NCBI RefSeq assembly: GCF_009914755.1
Contig: NC_060931.1
DNA length: 64,000 nt
Reading direction: 5' to 3' (one strand)
Origin: the human T2T-CHM13v2.0 reference genome, Homo sapiens
Shown: positions 14,887 to 35,269 of the stretch, piece by piece
Layout of the letters: the number at the start of each line of letters is the position of its first letter
Position numbering within the stretch: the first letter of the stretch is position 1
The notes under the pieces: model-generated
What the model was told of the DNA's origin: nothing
The model's database searches: none
Seen by the model: the letters and a program-made list of their open reading frames with translations, nothing else
Position numbers and translations under genes: made by a program

Positions 14887-15630
14887 GAGATAATATAAGG
14901 AAAGCACCCAGTACAGTGTTTGACATATAATGTTTGCTCAAAACAGCTGATTTCTTTCTCTCTTTTTTTTTTTGTCCTTAAACACAGTATTTACTCGACT
15001 CTTCACTTACAAATAATATACTGGTATATTATTTAGTATATGTTGTAAATCGAAGGTATCATAGGCTTTATGATTAACAGTTCAAATTCTAAAATTTAAA
15101 TGCCTGTGTCTAAATGTCAACTCTGCCACTTGCATGCTATGTGACCTTGGATATCTGTAAATCAGAATGAATGATAATTAATTTATAGAGTTGTTATATG
15201 TATTAATTCAAATGAAATAATGCATATAAAGGATCAAAAATGTTAGCTACTATTACCATTCATTAACTATAGAAATCAGTCATCTAACATTGCATTTAGT
15301 GGCAGACCAACATACAAGAGAACATTGTTCTCTTTCTACTTCTTCACCACTCCTGTCTTATTTTGGTCTGCAAAATATCCTAAGGTGGAGGTACATCTTC
15401 ATTAGGCCATGGGATCCTTTCTTTGATGGGACTTTAACAAGCATCTTTGAAGAAACACTCATGAAACTAAGTTTATAACAATGACTTTTTTTGTTAAGTG
15501 ATGAACCCAGCAATATCTGTTTGCTGCCTTTTAAAAAAGTCTAATGAGCTTACCTGTAGCAAATAAAAACACAAAGAGCTGACCCAAGGACATTGAAGGC
15601 AACTTCTCAACAGGAAAATCTAGACAAAAA

Positions 15631-16109
<479 letters not shown>

Positions 16110-16531
16110 TAATATCTCCCCTGTGAGACTGGCACCAATATTTCTTCCATTTCCCAGAAAGAACTAGTCCCTCCCTCCATTTTTACTTAAATGGTAACTC
16201 AGAATTAGCAGTATTTATTTATACAGCACTTAACATCAACAATCATTTCCTTGTTTGTTTGTTTTCTCCTGTTGGAATGGAGCTTACAAAGGATGTCTTA
16301 TTCTGCAGAATATTCTTTGTATTTAGTTTTGGTCCAACTGATTTCTATTTTGTGCTTGGCCTGCCCTCCTTTGTAGAGTCTATGCTTTTCCCATTTGGGA
16401 CATCTTTCCCTTTTTTGAAAGAAAGATTGAAACTACAACTTGGCTTCTTGAGTCTGTCAACTACATGGCTTATTTATTCATTTTCTTAACTCAACTTGCT
16501 TCTTAGCACACATTTATTTTAGATGGTGACC

Positions 16532-16848
16532 TTTATTTTTTTTATTTTTATTTTTATTTTTTGAGACAGGGTCTTGTTCTGTTGCCCAGGCTGGAGTGCA
16601 GTGGTGTCGCAGCTCACTGCAGCCCCGACCTCCTGGGCTCAAGCAATCTTCCCACCTCAGCCTCCTTGAGTAGCTAGGACTACAGGCATATGCCACCATG
16701 CCTGGCTAATTTTTTTATTTTTAATTTTTTTGTAGAGATGGGTTTCTTTCTGCTGCCCAGGCTGTTCTCAAATTCCTGGGCTCAGGCAACCCACCCACTA
16801 CAGCCTCCCAAAGTGCTGGGATTGCAACTGTGAGCCACCACGCCTGGA
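16532..16848 (-). mobile_element. AluJ
   Basis: Alu consensus. Confidence 0.85.
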
Positions 16849-17029
16849 CTGATGGTGACATTTTTAAAAGCCTCTTGGCTTTCTTTAGTTTGGAAATTGA
16901 GGAAGAGATGGTTAGTTGACTCTTTACACCCTCCCTCGTATGACAATAGAAACTCCAATTTTCAGTGAGCAATTGATGACCCAAGGAAAAGACTGCTTTT
17001 CTCAGCAACTCCTGCAAATGAGTATGACC

Positions 17030-17913
<884 letters not shown>

Positions 17914-18764
17914 TAAGCAAAGTATGGCAGTTCATGGAAACCGTCTTTATAAGAGAGCTGATGGGTCCTTTGCCCCCGATTATTCTTTTCTTCCTTCAGA
18001 CAGACTGGAATATGGTTGTGATGGCTGGAGTAGCCCAGCTGAAACAAGAGGTGACCTTGGGAATGGAAGCTACAAGAGTACCAGGCCACCTCAGCTCTAG
18101 ACTAAGCCATTGTTTTTTGTTTTTTTTTTTTTTTTTTTTTTACTCACAGCTGAAGCTATTCCTGACTGATACAGGAATCTAGTGGTAAGTTCTTTTTTCA
18201 GTGGGTTTAAGGTTGGTTTCATATCTTTAAGCTGGACAGATTGTCAGATAAATGACTTAAGAGTCAGAACTAATTACCTTTGTACAAATGGAAGGACATC
18301 ATGAATCTGTATCATTGTAAGTAAAATACTATGACTTGATGATGACTATTTGCTGAGATACTGTGACTTTTCTAATATATGATGATAATAACAGTAATGA
18401 CACTTATATTCTCCACGGCTGTTGAGATTAACACTTTTGGCCATAGTACATTGATTTAGGTTTTAAAACATGACACTAGAAAGACTAAAATAATTAATTT
18501 AATTAATAAGTTTAAACATGAGAAAAAACAAACTAGTTAAATTTACTCAATTTGGTCAAAATGTCTGTTTTCAATATGCTATATCCCTTGATAGTTTTCT
18601 GTTACCTGAAGATATTTTCAAGTTGTCTTTTTATTTTTTTAATTACAGACATACATAGTTGTTTTATAGTCTGTGGATCTGTTTCTAATATCTGCTGTTT
18701 CCTTTGAATCTTGCTTACAGGGCCAGACTTCCTTATGTACCTCAATATCTTTGTGCATTGCTCA

Positions 18765-19097
<333 letters not shown>

Positions 19098-19107
19098 TAT
19101 CAACCCT

Positions 19108-22295
<3,188 letters not shown>

Positions 22296-23175
22296 AAAAA
22301 ATGGTCAAAGGACATGAACAGAGACTTCTCAAAAGAATATACACATGTGGCCAACAAGCATATGAAAAACACTCAGTATCACCAGTTAATAGAGAAATGC
22401 AAATCAAAATCAAAACCAGGGTGAGATACCATCTCGCACCAGTCAAAATGGCTATTTTTAAAAAGTGAAAAAATAACATGTTGGTGAAGTTGTTAAGAAA
22501 AGAGAATGCTTATACACTGCTGGTGGAAATGTAAATTAGTTCTGCCACTATGGAAATTAGTTTGGAGATTTCTCAAAGAACTTAAAACAGAACTACCATT
22601 CAACCCAGTAATCTCATTATTGGGTATATATCCAAAGGAATATAAATTATTCTACCATAAAGACACATTTCCTATCTCAAAAAAAAAAAAAAAAGACACA
22701 TGTACTCACATATACTTTGCAGCAATTTTCACAATGGCAAAGACATGGAATCAACCTAGATGTCCATCAACAGTGGACTGGATTAAAAAAATGTGGTACA
22801 TATACACTGAGGAATACTACAGAGCCATAAAAAAGAATGAAATCATGTTCTTTGCAGCATGGGTGCAACTGGAGGCCATTGTCCTAAGCGAATTAATGCA
22901 GGAACAGAAAACCAAACCCCAAATGTTCTCATATATAGGTGGGAGCTAAACAATGAGTACACATGGACACAAAGAGGGGAAAAACAAGACACTGGGTTTT
23001 ACTTGAGGGTGAAGGATGGGAGGAGGATGAGAAGTGAAAAACTATCAGGTACTATGCTCACCACGTGGGTGATGAAATCATTTGTACCCTAAACCCCAGC
23101 AACAAACAATTTACCCATGTAACAAACCTGCATGTGTACCCCCTGCACCTGAAAGAAAAGTTTGAAGAAAAAAAA
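22296..23175 (+). mobile_element. L1 (L1PA15/16-like) ORF2 end and 3' UTR; its first bases (~19419-19439) lie before the SVA
   Basis: ORF2 C-terminal remnant LIHCWWKCKLVLPLWK...WNQPRCPSTVDWIKKMWYIYT; 3' UTR ending aacaaacctgcatgtgtacccc...poly-A. Confidence 0.88.
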
Positions 23176-24397
23176 TTTACTCTTACATTGTAAGTCTTGA
23201 AATATTTCCTTTAATTATTTTTATTGCTTTCCGTGCTTGTATTTTAGAGGTCATGCTTCTTTCATTACATTGTAAATGCCAACTTTTTGTGAAATTTTTT
23301 TCTCGTCTCTAATGAATTCATAGATATGAAAAAAAGAACTATTGTTTGACATCACATAGTAGCTTATGTTATTATCTTTTTCATGAATGTGTCTTATTTC
23401 CTCTATTAAGTATTAAACACCTAAAGGAAATCATGTCTTATACATCTTTGCATTCTCCATAGTATCCCACTCAATTTATTGGTGGGTTAATTGTGTTTCC
23501 AAAGTTTTGTGAAACTCTGTGACAATTATTTCAAGCATAAAACCAGTTTAGCAAGCATTGTGAAAAATAGAACACACTAATATGTATGGAATAACAGGAA
23601 GACATTGCCACGCTATGGTTTTCCCTCCTATATGTACTCTACATTTTGAGTGTGCTAGATACTTTACAGAATGAAGAGCTGATTTTCATGAAGTTAAGAT
23701 TATTCAGTGCCTGAGTATCCAATTTGAAGACTACCTATGTCTTTTAGACATTATATTTCCCATTAATACCTCCAGTGAATGTCAGCTGGGAAAATGAGAG
23801 GAAACTCAAGTTAGCTGATGGAAGCTTCCTATTAATAGCTCTGTAGAAAAGTATGGTAGGGAGTTTGAAATTATTATTGAAGATGAAAATGAGGAAATAC
23901 CCATAGATCGATTAGCTGTACTTGAGACGTGTTTATTTAAACATGTACATTCTAACGATAGTATTTTTATTCAGAGGGACCTTTGATAAAAGAGAACCTA
24001 GATGAGACAACAAAGTAATTTTTATATCCAGTGACCATACACTCCTGATTTTTCAGAACAGTTCCCATTTTAAATATTATGTCTGTTATTAATGCCCAAC
24101 ATGTCCTACCATGTATCCTGATTTATGACATAAATATGTCACAATATTTATAGGAACATTTGAGACACTTTTGAAAGGTCTCCTGGTGAACTTCATCTAG
24201 GTACTTCCAATAGACATTAAGTGGATTTTAGCAATTGCTCCACAATCCTTCCTAAGAAATTTTACAACTTCATATAAACATATAGAATAAAACCTCTTGT
24301 GCTATCCATTTGGAGTTAATGGAACCACCGTTCATTCAGTGGGAAACTGAGAATCATGAGTCCTCCCTCTCAGCCTCTTCACCCAGTAAGTCGCTTT

Positions 24398-24762
24398 TTA
24401 TAGCTTGAATGTTTGTATTCCCCTCAAAATTCATATGCTGAAACTCCAACCCCCATTGTGATGGTATGAGGAGGTGGGGCCTTTGGCAAGTAATTAGGTT
24501 TAGATGAAGTCATGAGGGTGGAGGCCCCATGATAGGATTAGTGCCCTTATAAGAAGAGGAAGGGAAACCAGAGCTCCTTCTCTCTTTAAGGATACAGTAA
24601 GAAGGTGGCCATCTACAAGCCAGGAAGAAAGCCCTCACCAAGAATTGAATCTGCTTGTGCCTTGATCTTGGACTTTCCAGCTTCCAGAATAATGAAAAAT
24701 AAATGTCTGAGTTTAAGCCACCCAGGCTATGGCATTTGGTTAAGGCAGCCCGAGCTAAGACA
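24398..24762 (+). mobile_element. MLT1A-type MaLR solo LTR
   Basis: gaatgtttgt..cccctcaaaattcatatg, ccttgatcttggactttccagc, end gcagcccgagctaagaca. Confidence 0.8.
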
Positions 24763-24869
24763 CTTCTATATCTTGTACCATCCCTTCCCAATTGGCCTCA
24801 CCATTTATCCTCCACAGTAAGCCAGAATGGTCTCTGAAAGAGCAAATACGTTCATGTTAACTCCACCTT

Positions 24870-25427
24870 AAGATAATCTTCCATGACTCCCCATTGCTGC
24901 AGCAGGGGGAGTAAGCTCAAATGTCTGCAGGGATAGCTAGGTAACCTAAATATGGAGGGGTGAGCCTGAGGAGACAGAAGACTAGAGAATGTACGTCTTT
25001 TTAAAGACATTCAAATTCAAGAAAAAAAAACCTACATCAAACAAAGAATATTTGTGGGCAAGATTCCTCCTGTGGGGTGAGAGTTTTAATTATTTTAACT
25101 TGTTAGCATAGTAGAACAAGTATCTTCATTATCTGGCTCCTATAAACAAAGATAATCTTCCGTGACTCCCCATTGCTGCAGCAGGGGGAGTAAGCTCAAA
25201 TGTCTGCAGGGATAGCTAGGTAACCTAAATATGGAGGGGTGAGCCTGAGGAGACAGAAGACTAGAGAATGTACGTCTTTTTAAAGACATTCAAATTCAAG
25301 AAAAAAAAACCTACATCAAACAAAGAATATTTGTGGGCAAGATTCCTCCTGTGGGGTGAGAGTTTTAATTATTTTAACTTGTTAGCATAGTAGAACAAGT
25401 ATCTTCATTATCTGGCTCCTATAAACA
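24870..25427. repeat. 279-bp tandem duplication (24870-25148 / 25149-25427)
   Basis: Base-by-base comparison finds one mismatch (A24883 vs G25162). Confidence 0.95.
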
Positions 25428-26039
25428 TACATCATCCTCTCCAATTATTCTCAGTTGTGTGCTCCTCTCTGAAATTGCCAAGCATTTTTGCCCATGCCTC
25501 TTCCTCTGTCCAGAATGTCCTACTGGTGAATTTCTACTCATTCTTGAAGGCTTATTACCTCTGAGAAGTTTTCCTTGATATACCTAAGCTGAAATTAGTA
25601 TTTTTCTTCTGCATTCCAGAACACATATTCATATGCTGTTTAGATATACAACTTATCTCACTGCTGTAATTAGCTTTTATGTCTGTTTCATCTAAACACC
25701 ACACACATAGCTCATGGTGAGTGTTGAATTCATCTTGATGTCCCCAGCATTTTACGTGGTACCTACGCACAGGCACTTGGAAAACATGCTGGATAGACAG
25801 ATGGCCTGCTTAACTAAATGAAATGATTGATCCAAACAGTATTTTAGAAGAAGTGCAGTTTTCAACATTTCAAGTGTACAGAGTAGGTCCACTCGCCTAC
25901 AAAGTGTTGCCAAGTGGAAGCCACTGTCAGAAATGTATTAATGACAGACAAGTCTTAGGTATGATTGGCATCCTCATTTATGTGAAGAAATGAAGCCAAA
26001 GGAAAGCACCCTTAGACCAACCTTCTTCCCTCCCCAACC

Positions 26040-26280
26040 ACATGGAAAGAACTTGCATGCTAATGGTCAAAAGTTGGAGCTGGGAGTCAGAGATTCCTGG
26101 TAGAATTTCAGCATTACCATCTAGAAACAGTGAAACTTCAGGCAACTTACTTAATCTCTCTAAATCTGATCATCTTGTTTGTAAAATAAGCTTGATAATA
26201 GTACTTAATGAGAAAAAATATGTAAAGCATTTGGTATAGTATCTGGCACACAGTAAGCACTCATCACATATTGATAATTC
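26040..26280 (+). mobile_element. MIR
   Basis: ggcaacttacttaatctctct...tgtaaaat...gtaaagcatttggtatagtatctggcacacagtaagcactca. Confidence 0.75.
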
Positions 26281-26799
26281 TGGTAGGATGGTATTTTGAG
26301 ATATTCACATTTTTTCTCCCTTCATTTTCCCCTTTCTTTCTACATCTCACAAAATTCAAAGAGCTAGCCTTTTGTTCACTGTCTCAGGGGAGGCATTACA
26401 ACATGGTAGAAAGAAGACAAGCTTGTAAGTTTTCTGCCTTTTATTTCCGAAAGTCCTGGAGAGGTTGAGAAGATTCAAGTACAAAGTATCATGGCCAAAA
26501 ATGAGGAGAATTTCCCCAAGATAAAAACAAAATATCTGCAGGCTGAAGATGAAGAACAGGAGGTCTACAAATAGGTCTGTATTTCTAGGAAAAGAGGAAA
26601 CTTAGGCTTTGCTTCCTGAGCAGAGACTGGTAGAAAGGTGCAAGTCCAGTGAAGGAATAACTACATGGTGTGTTGGGGCAAACAGGGACAGAGGCAACCT
26701 CACAAGAATTTCCATACTCAAGTGCTTCATGAAACAGCAGGATTCCTGTGCTTCTGGGGTATCATGTAAGCAAAAGACAACATTTAGACCTAAAGGAGC

Positions 26800-27330
26800 C
26801 ATGCTTTATTAGTTACATATTCTGTATAACAAATTACCACTTGAAAACTTAGTTAAAACAACAAACATTATCTCACATAGTTTCTGTTGGTAGGGAATTC
26901 AGGAGCTTCTTAGCTAGGTTGTTGTGGCTCAGTCTCTCATGAGGTTGTAGTCAAAATATCAGCCCTGGCTGCAGTCATATGAAGGCCTGACTAGGGCTAG
27001 AGAACCCACTTCTAAGATGGCTCATTCACATAGCTGGCAAGTTGGTGCTGGCTCTTGGTAGGAGGCTTCAGTTTCTCACCATGTGGATCTCTCCATAGGA
27101 ATGCTTGAGTATCCTCATGAAAAGTAGCTGGCTTCACTCAGGGAGAGACATCCAAGAGAACAAGTCAGACATCACCGTGTCTTTTCGGATCTAGTGTCAC
27201 AAGTCACACACCATCACTTCCCTGAATTTTATCACAAAGACCAACCTTGGTATGACATGGGAGGACACAACACAAGGGTGTGAATATCAGGAGGTGAGAA
27301 TCACTGGGGGCTATCTTGGAAGGCACCACA
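26800..27330 (-). mobile_element. MLT1 (G/H-like) MaLR LTR
   Basis: aacaaattaccac...aaaacttag, ctaagatggctcattcacatagctggcaagttggtgctgg motifs. Confidence 0.7.
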
Positions 27331-27668
27331 CATGACAAATGGGGTGGCAATTGTCTCAGTTGTACTGCTTAATTAGCTGAACAAGATGCCATAATAATAC
27401 CTGACAGCTTGGCCAGGTGTAAGGGACCAGAACCTAGAATAACTGGGGGAGGACAGAGGCATAAAGGATTGCTCTTTTTTTTGTCAGTCAGGTGGGATTA
27501 TAGGCACAAAACAGAATTTAAACAATTAGAGAAAGTAATGTAGTACTTATTGCACATTTTAGTTTATGAATAATAGTAGCAATTATCATTATTATTATAA
27601 ATGAAGGAGTAACTGTATTGTTGCATCATTTTTCCCAAGTGGTTCAGGGTGACTCCAGTTCCACTAGG

Positions 27669-27848
27669 TCAGTAATTCTCAATCTTGCAAATATAATAGA
27701 ATCAACTGGGAATAGCTTCTGATTTAATTGATTTGGAGCAGGGCCATGGAGCTTCCGATTTAACTGATTTGGAGCAGGGCCTGGGCATCAGTATTTTTTT
27801 AAGCCCCATAGTTGATTCTAATACGTAACCAAGACTGAGATCCAATGC
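27669..27848. mobile_element. MER5-type hAT MITE with internal 36-bp duplication
   Basis: cagtaattctcaa...gggcctgggcatcagtatttttt...tgattcta...gactgaga. Confidence 0.65.
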
Positions 27849-28219
27849 TTTATGCAAATTCAAGACCTTCTTGCTACTTCAACCATCTATGATTCTATCA
27901 GGAGCTTGCCATATAGGAAGCTGGCTAATTCTCCCTATTAACTGCCTGGGATTGTTTTCTTCATAAACACTGGAAACACTTGTCAGTAACAGTCTACTTG
28001 AGAGAGCAGAGCAAAGGTTAAAGTTTGCTAAAAACAAACAAAACAGAACCAAGGGGATCTCAGTTGGCATTGTATTCTCTAACATAATGCAACTCTGCCT
28101 CTTGTCCCTATCATCTTCAGCAACTAGTCAACATTTAAGCCTTGCGCATCAACAATAATCTCATAATCTCTCTCCCACACACGCACACCTCCATGCTTCC
28201 TCCTCTTTTATTGCATTCT

Positions 28220-30000
28220 TATTTGACTTCTTTAAGGTATCCGACACTTAAAATATATTTATCTCCCTGGACTTACAAGACCTATCTCTAGTTCTTTCCC
28301 TACTTCTCTGACAACTTCTTATTGTCCTTTGCTAGCTTCTCTTTCTCTACCTGCCTCTTAAATGATAGTGTTCTCTAAGATTCTGTTCCTTGTTCTCTTT
28401 TGATCCCATTCTATATTGTTTTCCTTGGGCAAAACTCACTCCCAGCAGTTCCATCTACCATCTATTTACTGACAACTCCAAGATCTTTATTTTCCAGTCC
28501 ATACTTTTCTTGTGTTCCAGACCTGCATTTGTAGTTTCCTGTTAATTAAGCTACCTCAAACCCTGAATGCTCCTTCAGGTTCTCCACGCCACCTCTCGAA
28601 CTGCTTCTCCTCCTTTAATTCATATCTGAATAGCACAATACTTCTTATTTTTTAACCTGATGGTTTTATTTGCTTGTTTTTTCCCCCAGCTTTATAGAGA
28701 TATAATTGACAAAAACTGTATATATTCAAAGTGTACAATGTGATGTTTTGATATATGTATACATTGTGAAATAATTTCCACAATCAAGCTAATTAACATA
28801 TCCATATAAGCATATGGAGAGATCTACTCTCTTAGCAGGCACCATGCTTCTAATCATTTAAGGTAGAAACCAGGAATCACCCCAGAACAGAGGTGCAACC
28901 TGCTTATTTACTAAACTTGTTTTTATTTGGTCCAGGAAGTACTTTTAAAAACTTTGGGCCAATATTTAAGATTTGGGAGATTTCACATAAGAATACAGGT
29001 TTAGGCTTCTCTTTAAAAAACAGAAGATGATGAGGCAACACTTCATCCTACCTGCATGGAACAACTGGCTGGAGATGAGCAGCAGATGAGCTCCTGGTTC
29101 ATGTAGTCTTCACAGTGACCATAAAGGATGCTGAAGCTCCTTTCATTCATTTATATACACTTGCCTGGCTCTTGAATATATCTCAGATTGTGACTTCTCT
29201 CCTTACTCATACCTCTCACCATAGCTCCCTCTACAATTGATTAGGAAGCCCTACAGATTCTAGCACTTCTCTAATCTGTCTTCCTCCTCTTCATCTTGAT
29301 TGCTACGTTCTTAGTTCAGGATCTTGACTTTGCTTATATGGAGTATGTAACAGTCTACTTCTAGCTCCGTCATTAATCCATTGCTTATAAACCAGTAAAA
29401 TGAAGTGATGTTATTATCCTGCCTAAAGGCCTTCACTGGTTCTCTACTACCTACAAGATAAAGTTCAAATTCCTCTAGTACATGGTACCAGGCCATCCAT
29501 GCCCTGACCCCTGCCCACCACTCCAGCCTTATCTCACTTCATTCCCACAGTAGGTAGTCTATGCTTTACCCCTGCCAAACAATTCTGCTAACCAGGTGGA
29601 TTATTTCAAATCTCTGAATCATGTTGCTCTTTATGCCTTAAAAAATATCTTAATGCTACCTACCACCCACTTGGCCCACACAACCACATTCTTAACTTCA
29701 GAGATTTGGTTCAAGTGTTACTTTCTCTTTAAAGACTTTTCTACCTCATTCCCAATCTCATAGGTAAAAAGACCATTACACTCCCACCTCCATCCCCGAC
29801 CCCGACCCCCGTCCCCTCTAAGACTGCTATCCTGGCGACTATAACATATTATTGTATCTACTTGTTACTTGTTTGTATTCCTTTCTATTAGAAGGCAAAT
29901 TCCTTAAAAGTAGTGGCTATCCCTTATATATCCTTATATTTCTAGATCCATGCTTAGCGCATATAGCTGCTTAATAAATATTGCCTGAAAGAATTAAGGA
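28220..30000 (+). mobile_element. L2 fragments interrupted by L1M (~28660-28840) and a hAT-like MER (~28890-29190)
   Basis: Pyrimidine-rich L2 motifs (ctgacaactccaagatct, ggataaagttcaaattcct-like); L1M 3' motif gatataattgacaaaaactgtatatattcaaagtgtacaatg. Confidence 0.55.
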
Positions 30001-30166
30001 TTACTTCAAATGATTACTTACAAGTCAGTTGTTGTCTTAAATAGGTTGATCATCTTTCTGTAATCATGTTTATACTATATCACGGATCTGCTTTTACTCA
30101 GGGATTATACAAGGGTAAACATTTTAGCTCAGTTCAAGCAAATTAACTCAATTTTTGAAACAGTAG

Positions 30167-30522
<356 letters not shown>

Positions 30523-30722
30523 TTACCAGTTTTATTCTTAAGAAAGATATCACATATTGCCCCTAATACCTGGGGGCAATATGATTGATAAATAATTTTA
30601 TAATTTAGGCTATTATACCATATGTAGGAGACATATCAGTGTGACTTATGGGTATGGCTTATAAATAACACTAGGTCAGAGCTGTCAATTCTCTTAATGA
30701 AGAAAAGAATACAACAGAACTT

Positions 30723-31007
30723 GGCTGGGCACAATGGCTCACACCTGTAATCCCAGCACTTTGGGAGGCTGAGGCGGGTGGATCGCCTGAGTTCAGGAGT
30801 TTGAGACCAGCCTGGCCAAAATGCTGAAACCCCATCTCTACTAAAAATACAAAAATTAGCAGGGTATGGTGGCAGGTGCCCGTAATCCCAGCTACTCAGG
30901 AGGCTGAAGCAGGAGAATCGCTAACCCAGGAGGCAGAGGTTGCAGTGAGCTGAGATCGCGCCATTGCATCCCAGCCTGGGCGACAGAGCGAGACTTCTTC
31001 TCAAAAA

Positions 31008-31047
<40 letters not shown>

Positions 31048-31062
31048 AAAAAATATAAAAAT

Positions 31063-31100
<38 letters not shown>
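30723..31100 (+). mobile_element. AluS with compound (TAAA)n(TA)n(GA)n tail
   Basis: Alu consensus plus microsatellite tail. Confidence 0.9.
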
Positions 31101-31765
31101 ACCTAATATGTGCTGGCACTGTTTTAAACTCTAGGGATGCTGCTGCCTTTCTAAACAGGCCAAGGGGATGAGGGAAGCGAGTACAATATACCAGCCTGGA
31201 AAACATGAAAGGGAGCCCAGGGCTGATTATGTAGCATGTCAAAACAAATGTCATTTTGCTGAGGAATTGGACAATTTTTTTTTCACCAGTACCAACCCAT
31301 ATGTGGCGGCCCTGCTCATGAAGTTTAAATTTCAGTGTGTCTGTAGGGGTGAGGTAAAGGGCAGGTCAGCAGGCAACCAAAAAATAAGTAGTTGTCCAGG
31401 GATCAGTGAGTCCCCTAAGAAAAATAAGACAGGGAAGAGATATTAGGAGTACCGGGGGACAGAGGTACAATTTTAAATTGGGTGATAAGGCAAAGCCTCA
31501 CTGAGCAGGTGGCATTTAAGCAAAGAGCCGAAGGAGGGGAGGAAATGAGCATGTGGATACCTGATGGAAGAGCATTCCACAGAGAAAACAAACAGCAAAT
31601 GCAGACAGAGGTCCAGGGGTGGGCATATGCTGGAGCTTGCATGGAAAAGCAGGGAAGCCAGTGGTTAGTGGGCAGAGCAAGGGAGTGGAGAGCAGAACAG
31701 CCAACAGTAGATTCAATTACTGAGGAAATCTAGGAAAAGAAAGTGGCTGGGTCAGAATATGTAGG

Positions 31766-33007
<1,242 letters not shown>

Positions 33008-33417
33008 CACGCCATGTCTTAGTGAGATGGGAAGCCAACTGGAGGGTTCTGAGCCAAGAAGTGAGGTGACCTGACATGTTTTAAAAGGACTGCTTTAACT
33101 CTTTCAGGCAGAGGCAGGAAAGGGCTGATGCAGAGAGACCAATCAGAAGGCTATCATGAAAGGCAGGTGAGAGATGATATTGGCTTGGACAAAGGCAGTT
33201 GCAGTGGTCATCATGAGACATATCAGAAAAGAACTTCAGAAGTTTCGAGTCCCAAAAGACATGTTGGAAACAGAAAGAGTTCAAAAAATGTGTATTAGAT
33301 TACAAGAAGTAAATAGCAGTAATTTTCAAGATTCTCAACAATCCTCACGTAACACTACTTCATTATTAAATGAAATTAAATGAAATTAAAAAACACTTTG
33401 GGATTCTAGCTGTGTCA

Positions 33418-33788
<371 letters not shown>

Positions 33789-34351
33789 GTTACCATAGAA
33801 AAGTATACTTCCCACACTAAAATTTAAATTTAATAAGCAGGGTTGCAACATAGGAAGGTTCTGGTGAAACACTTCATCTTGGCTGTTTCTGTGATAATTT
33901 AGCTCTTGCAATACCTTGAGTTCAGTGTAATGAATATCAGTTCCTCATTTGAGTTTTTCAAAGTGTAGAAGTTCAGAAAATTATGCTGGATTTGTTTTAA
34001 GACTAGAACCTATTACGTTGAATTTTTTTAAGCTCCGAGATGGCAGATAATTTCTTCCAATTTGTCCTGTTCTCTTAAAATTGGAGGATAGTTAATTGAG
34101 GGTTTCAGTTAGTTAACCTCAGGTGAACTAAAGTTCTATGTTTAGTACTTCAAATCCTTCCTTTAAAAATGTCAAAAGTATTTATGTATGTATAAAATGA
34201 TTTCTGAGGTTTGCTTTAAAATAATCCAGCGGGGAGAGAGTGGAAGGGATTTAGATGAAACCAGATTGATGCTGTATCGATAATTATCAAAGGGTGTTCA
34301 TTTTACGATTCTCTTTACTTTTACACATTTGACATTTTCCATAACAAAAAG

Positions 34352-34660
34352 TTTTGTTTTGTTGTTGTTGTTGTTGTTGTTGTTTTGAGACAGGGTCTCA
34401 CTCTGTTGCCCAGGCTGGAGTGCAGTGGCGTGATCAAGGCTCACCACAGACTCAACCTCCCCAGGCTCAGGCGATCCTCCTACCGCAGCCTCCCAAGTAG
34501 CTGGACTATGGGCGCATGCCACCAAGCCCAGCTAATTTTTTGTAGATATGGGGTTTCACCATGTTGCCCAGGCTGGTCTCGAACTCCTAGACTCAAGCGA
34601 TCCGCATGCCTCAGCCTCCCAAAGTGCTGAAATTACAGGCGTGAGCCACCATGCCTGGCC
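34352..34660 (-). mobile_element. AluJ with (GTT)n tail
   Basis: Alu consensus. Confidence 0.88.
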
Positions 34661-34758
34661 TTCACATTCTTTAAAAGTTTTTCTTTTTCTTTTTTTTTTT
34701 ATAATTAGTGTATTTTACTTTAGCTATTTTGTTCACTGAAAATATATGTAGAAATTGT

Positions 34759-35064
34759 GGCCAGGCACAGTGGCTCACACTTGTAATCCCAGCACTTTGG
34801 GAGGCTGAGGCAGTTGGATTACTTGAGCCTAGGAGTTCGAGGCCAGCCTGGGCAACATGATGAAACCCTGTCTCTACAAAAATACACAAAAAATTAGCTG
34901 GGCTTGGTGGCATGTGCCTATAGTCTCAACTACTTGGGAGGTTGAGGCTGGAGGATTGCCTGAGCTTGGGAGGTTGAGGCTGAGGTGAGCCAAGATCGCA
35001 TTACTGCACTCCAGCCTGGCTGGCAGAGTATGACCCTGTCTCAAAAAAAAAAAAAAAAAAAAAA
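34759..35064 (+). mobile_element. AluJ
   Basis: Alu consensus. Confidence 0.88.
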
Positions 35065-35269
35065 TTAAATGCAAGTTCTGAGATTTAGTATTTTTTGAGT
35101 ATTACTATGTACCAGACTTTTACTATGAACTTGGGAGAGATTTATTAGCTACAGGGATAGATCTCTACATTAAGGAGCTCATAACCTAGATATATAAACA
35201 AACCAGTATAAGGCAATGTAAGGACTAAAATATTGTGTTAAATGTATAAAGTGTTACAGGAGGAAAGAA

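Noticed and set aside
22506-22949. 147-aa ORF
   Set aside because: It is the C-terminal remnant of L1 ORF2, not a host gene.
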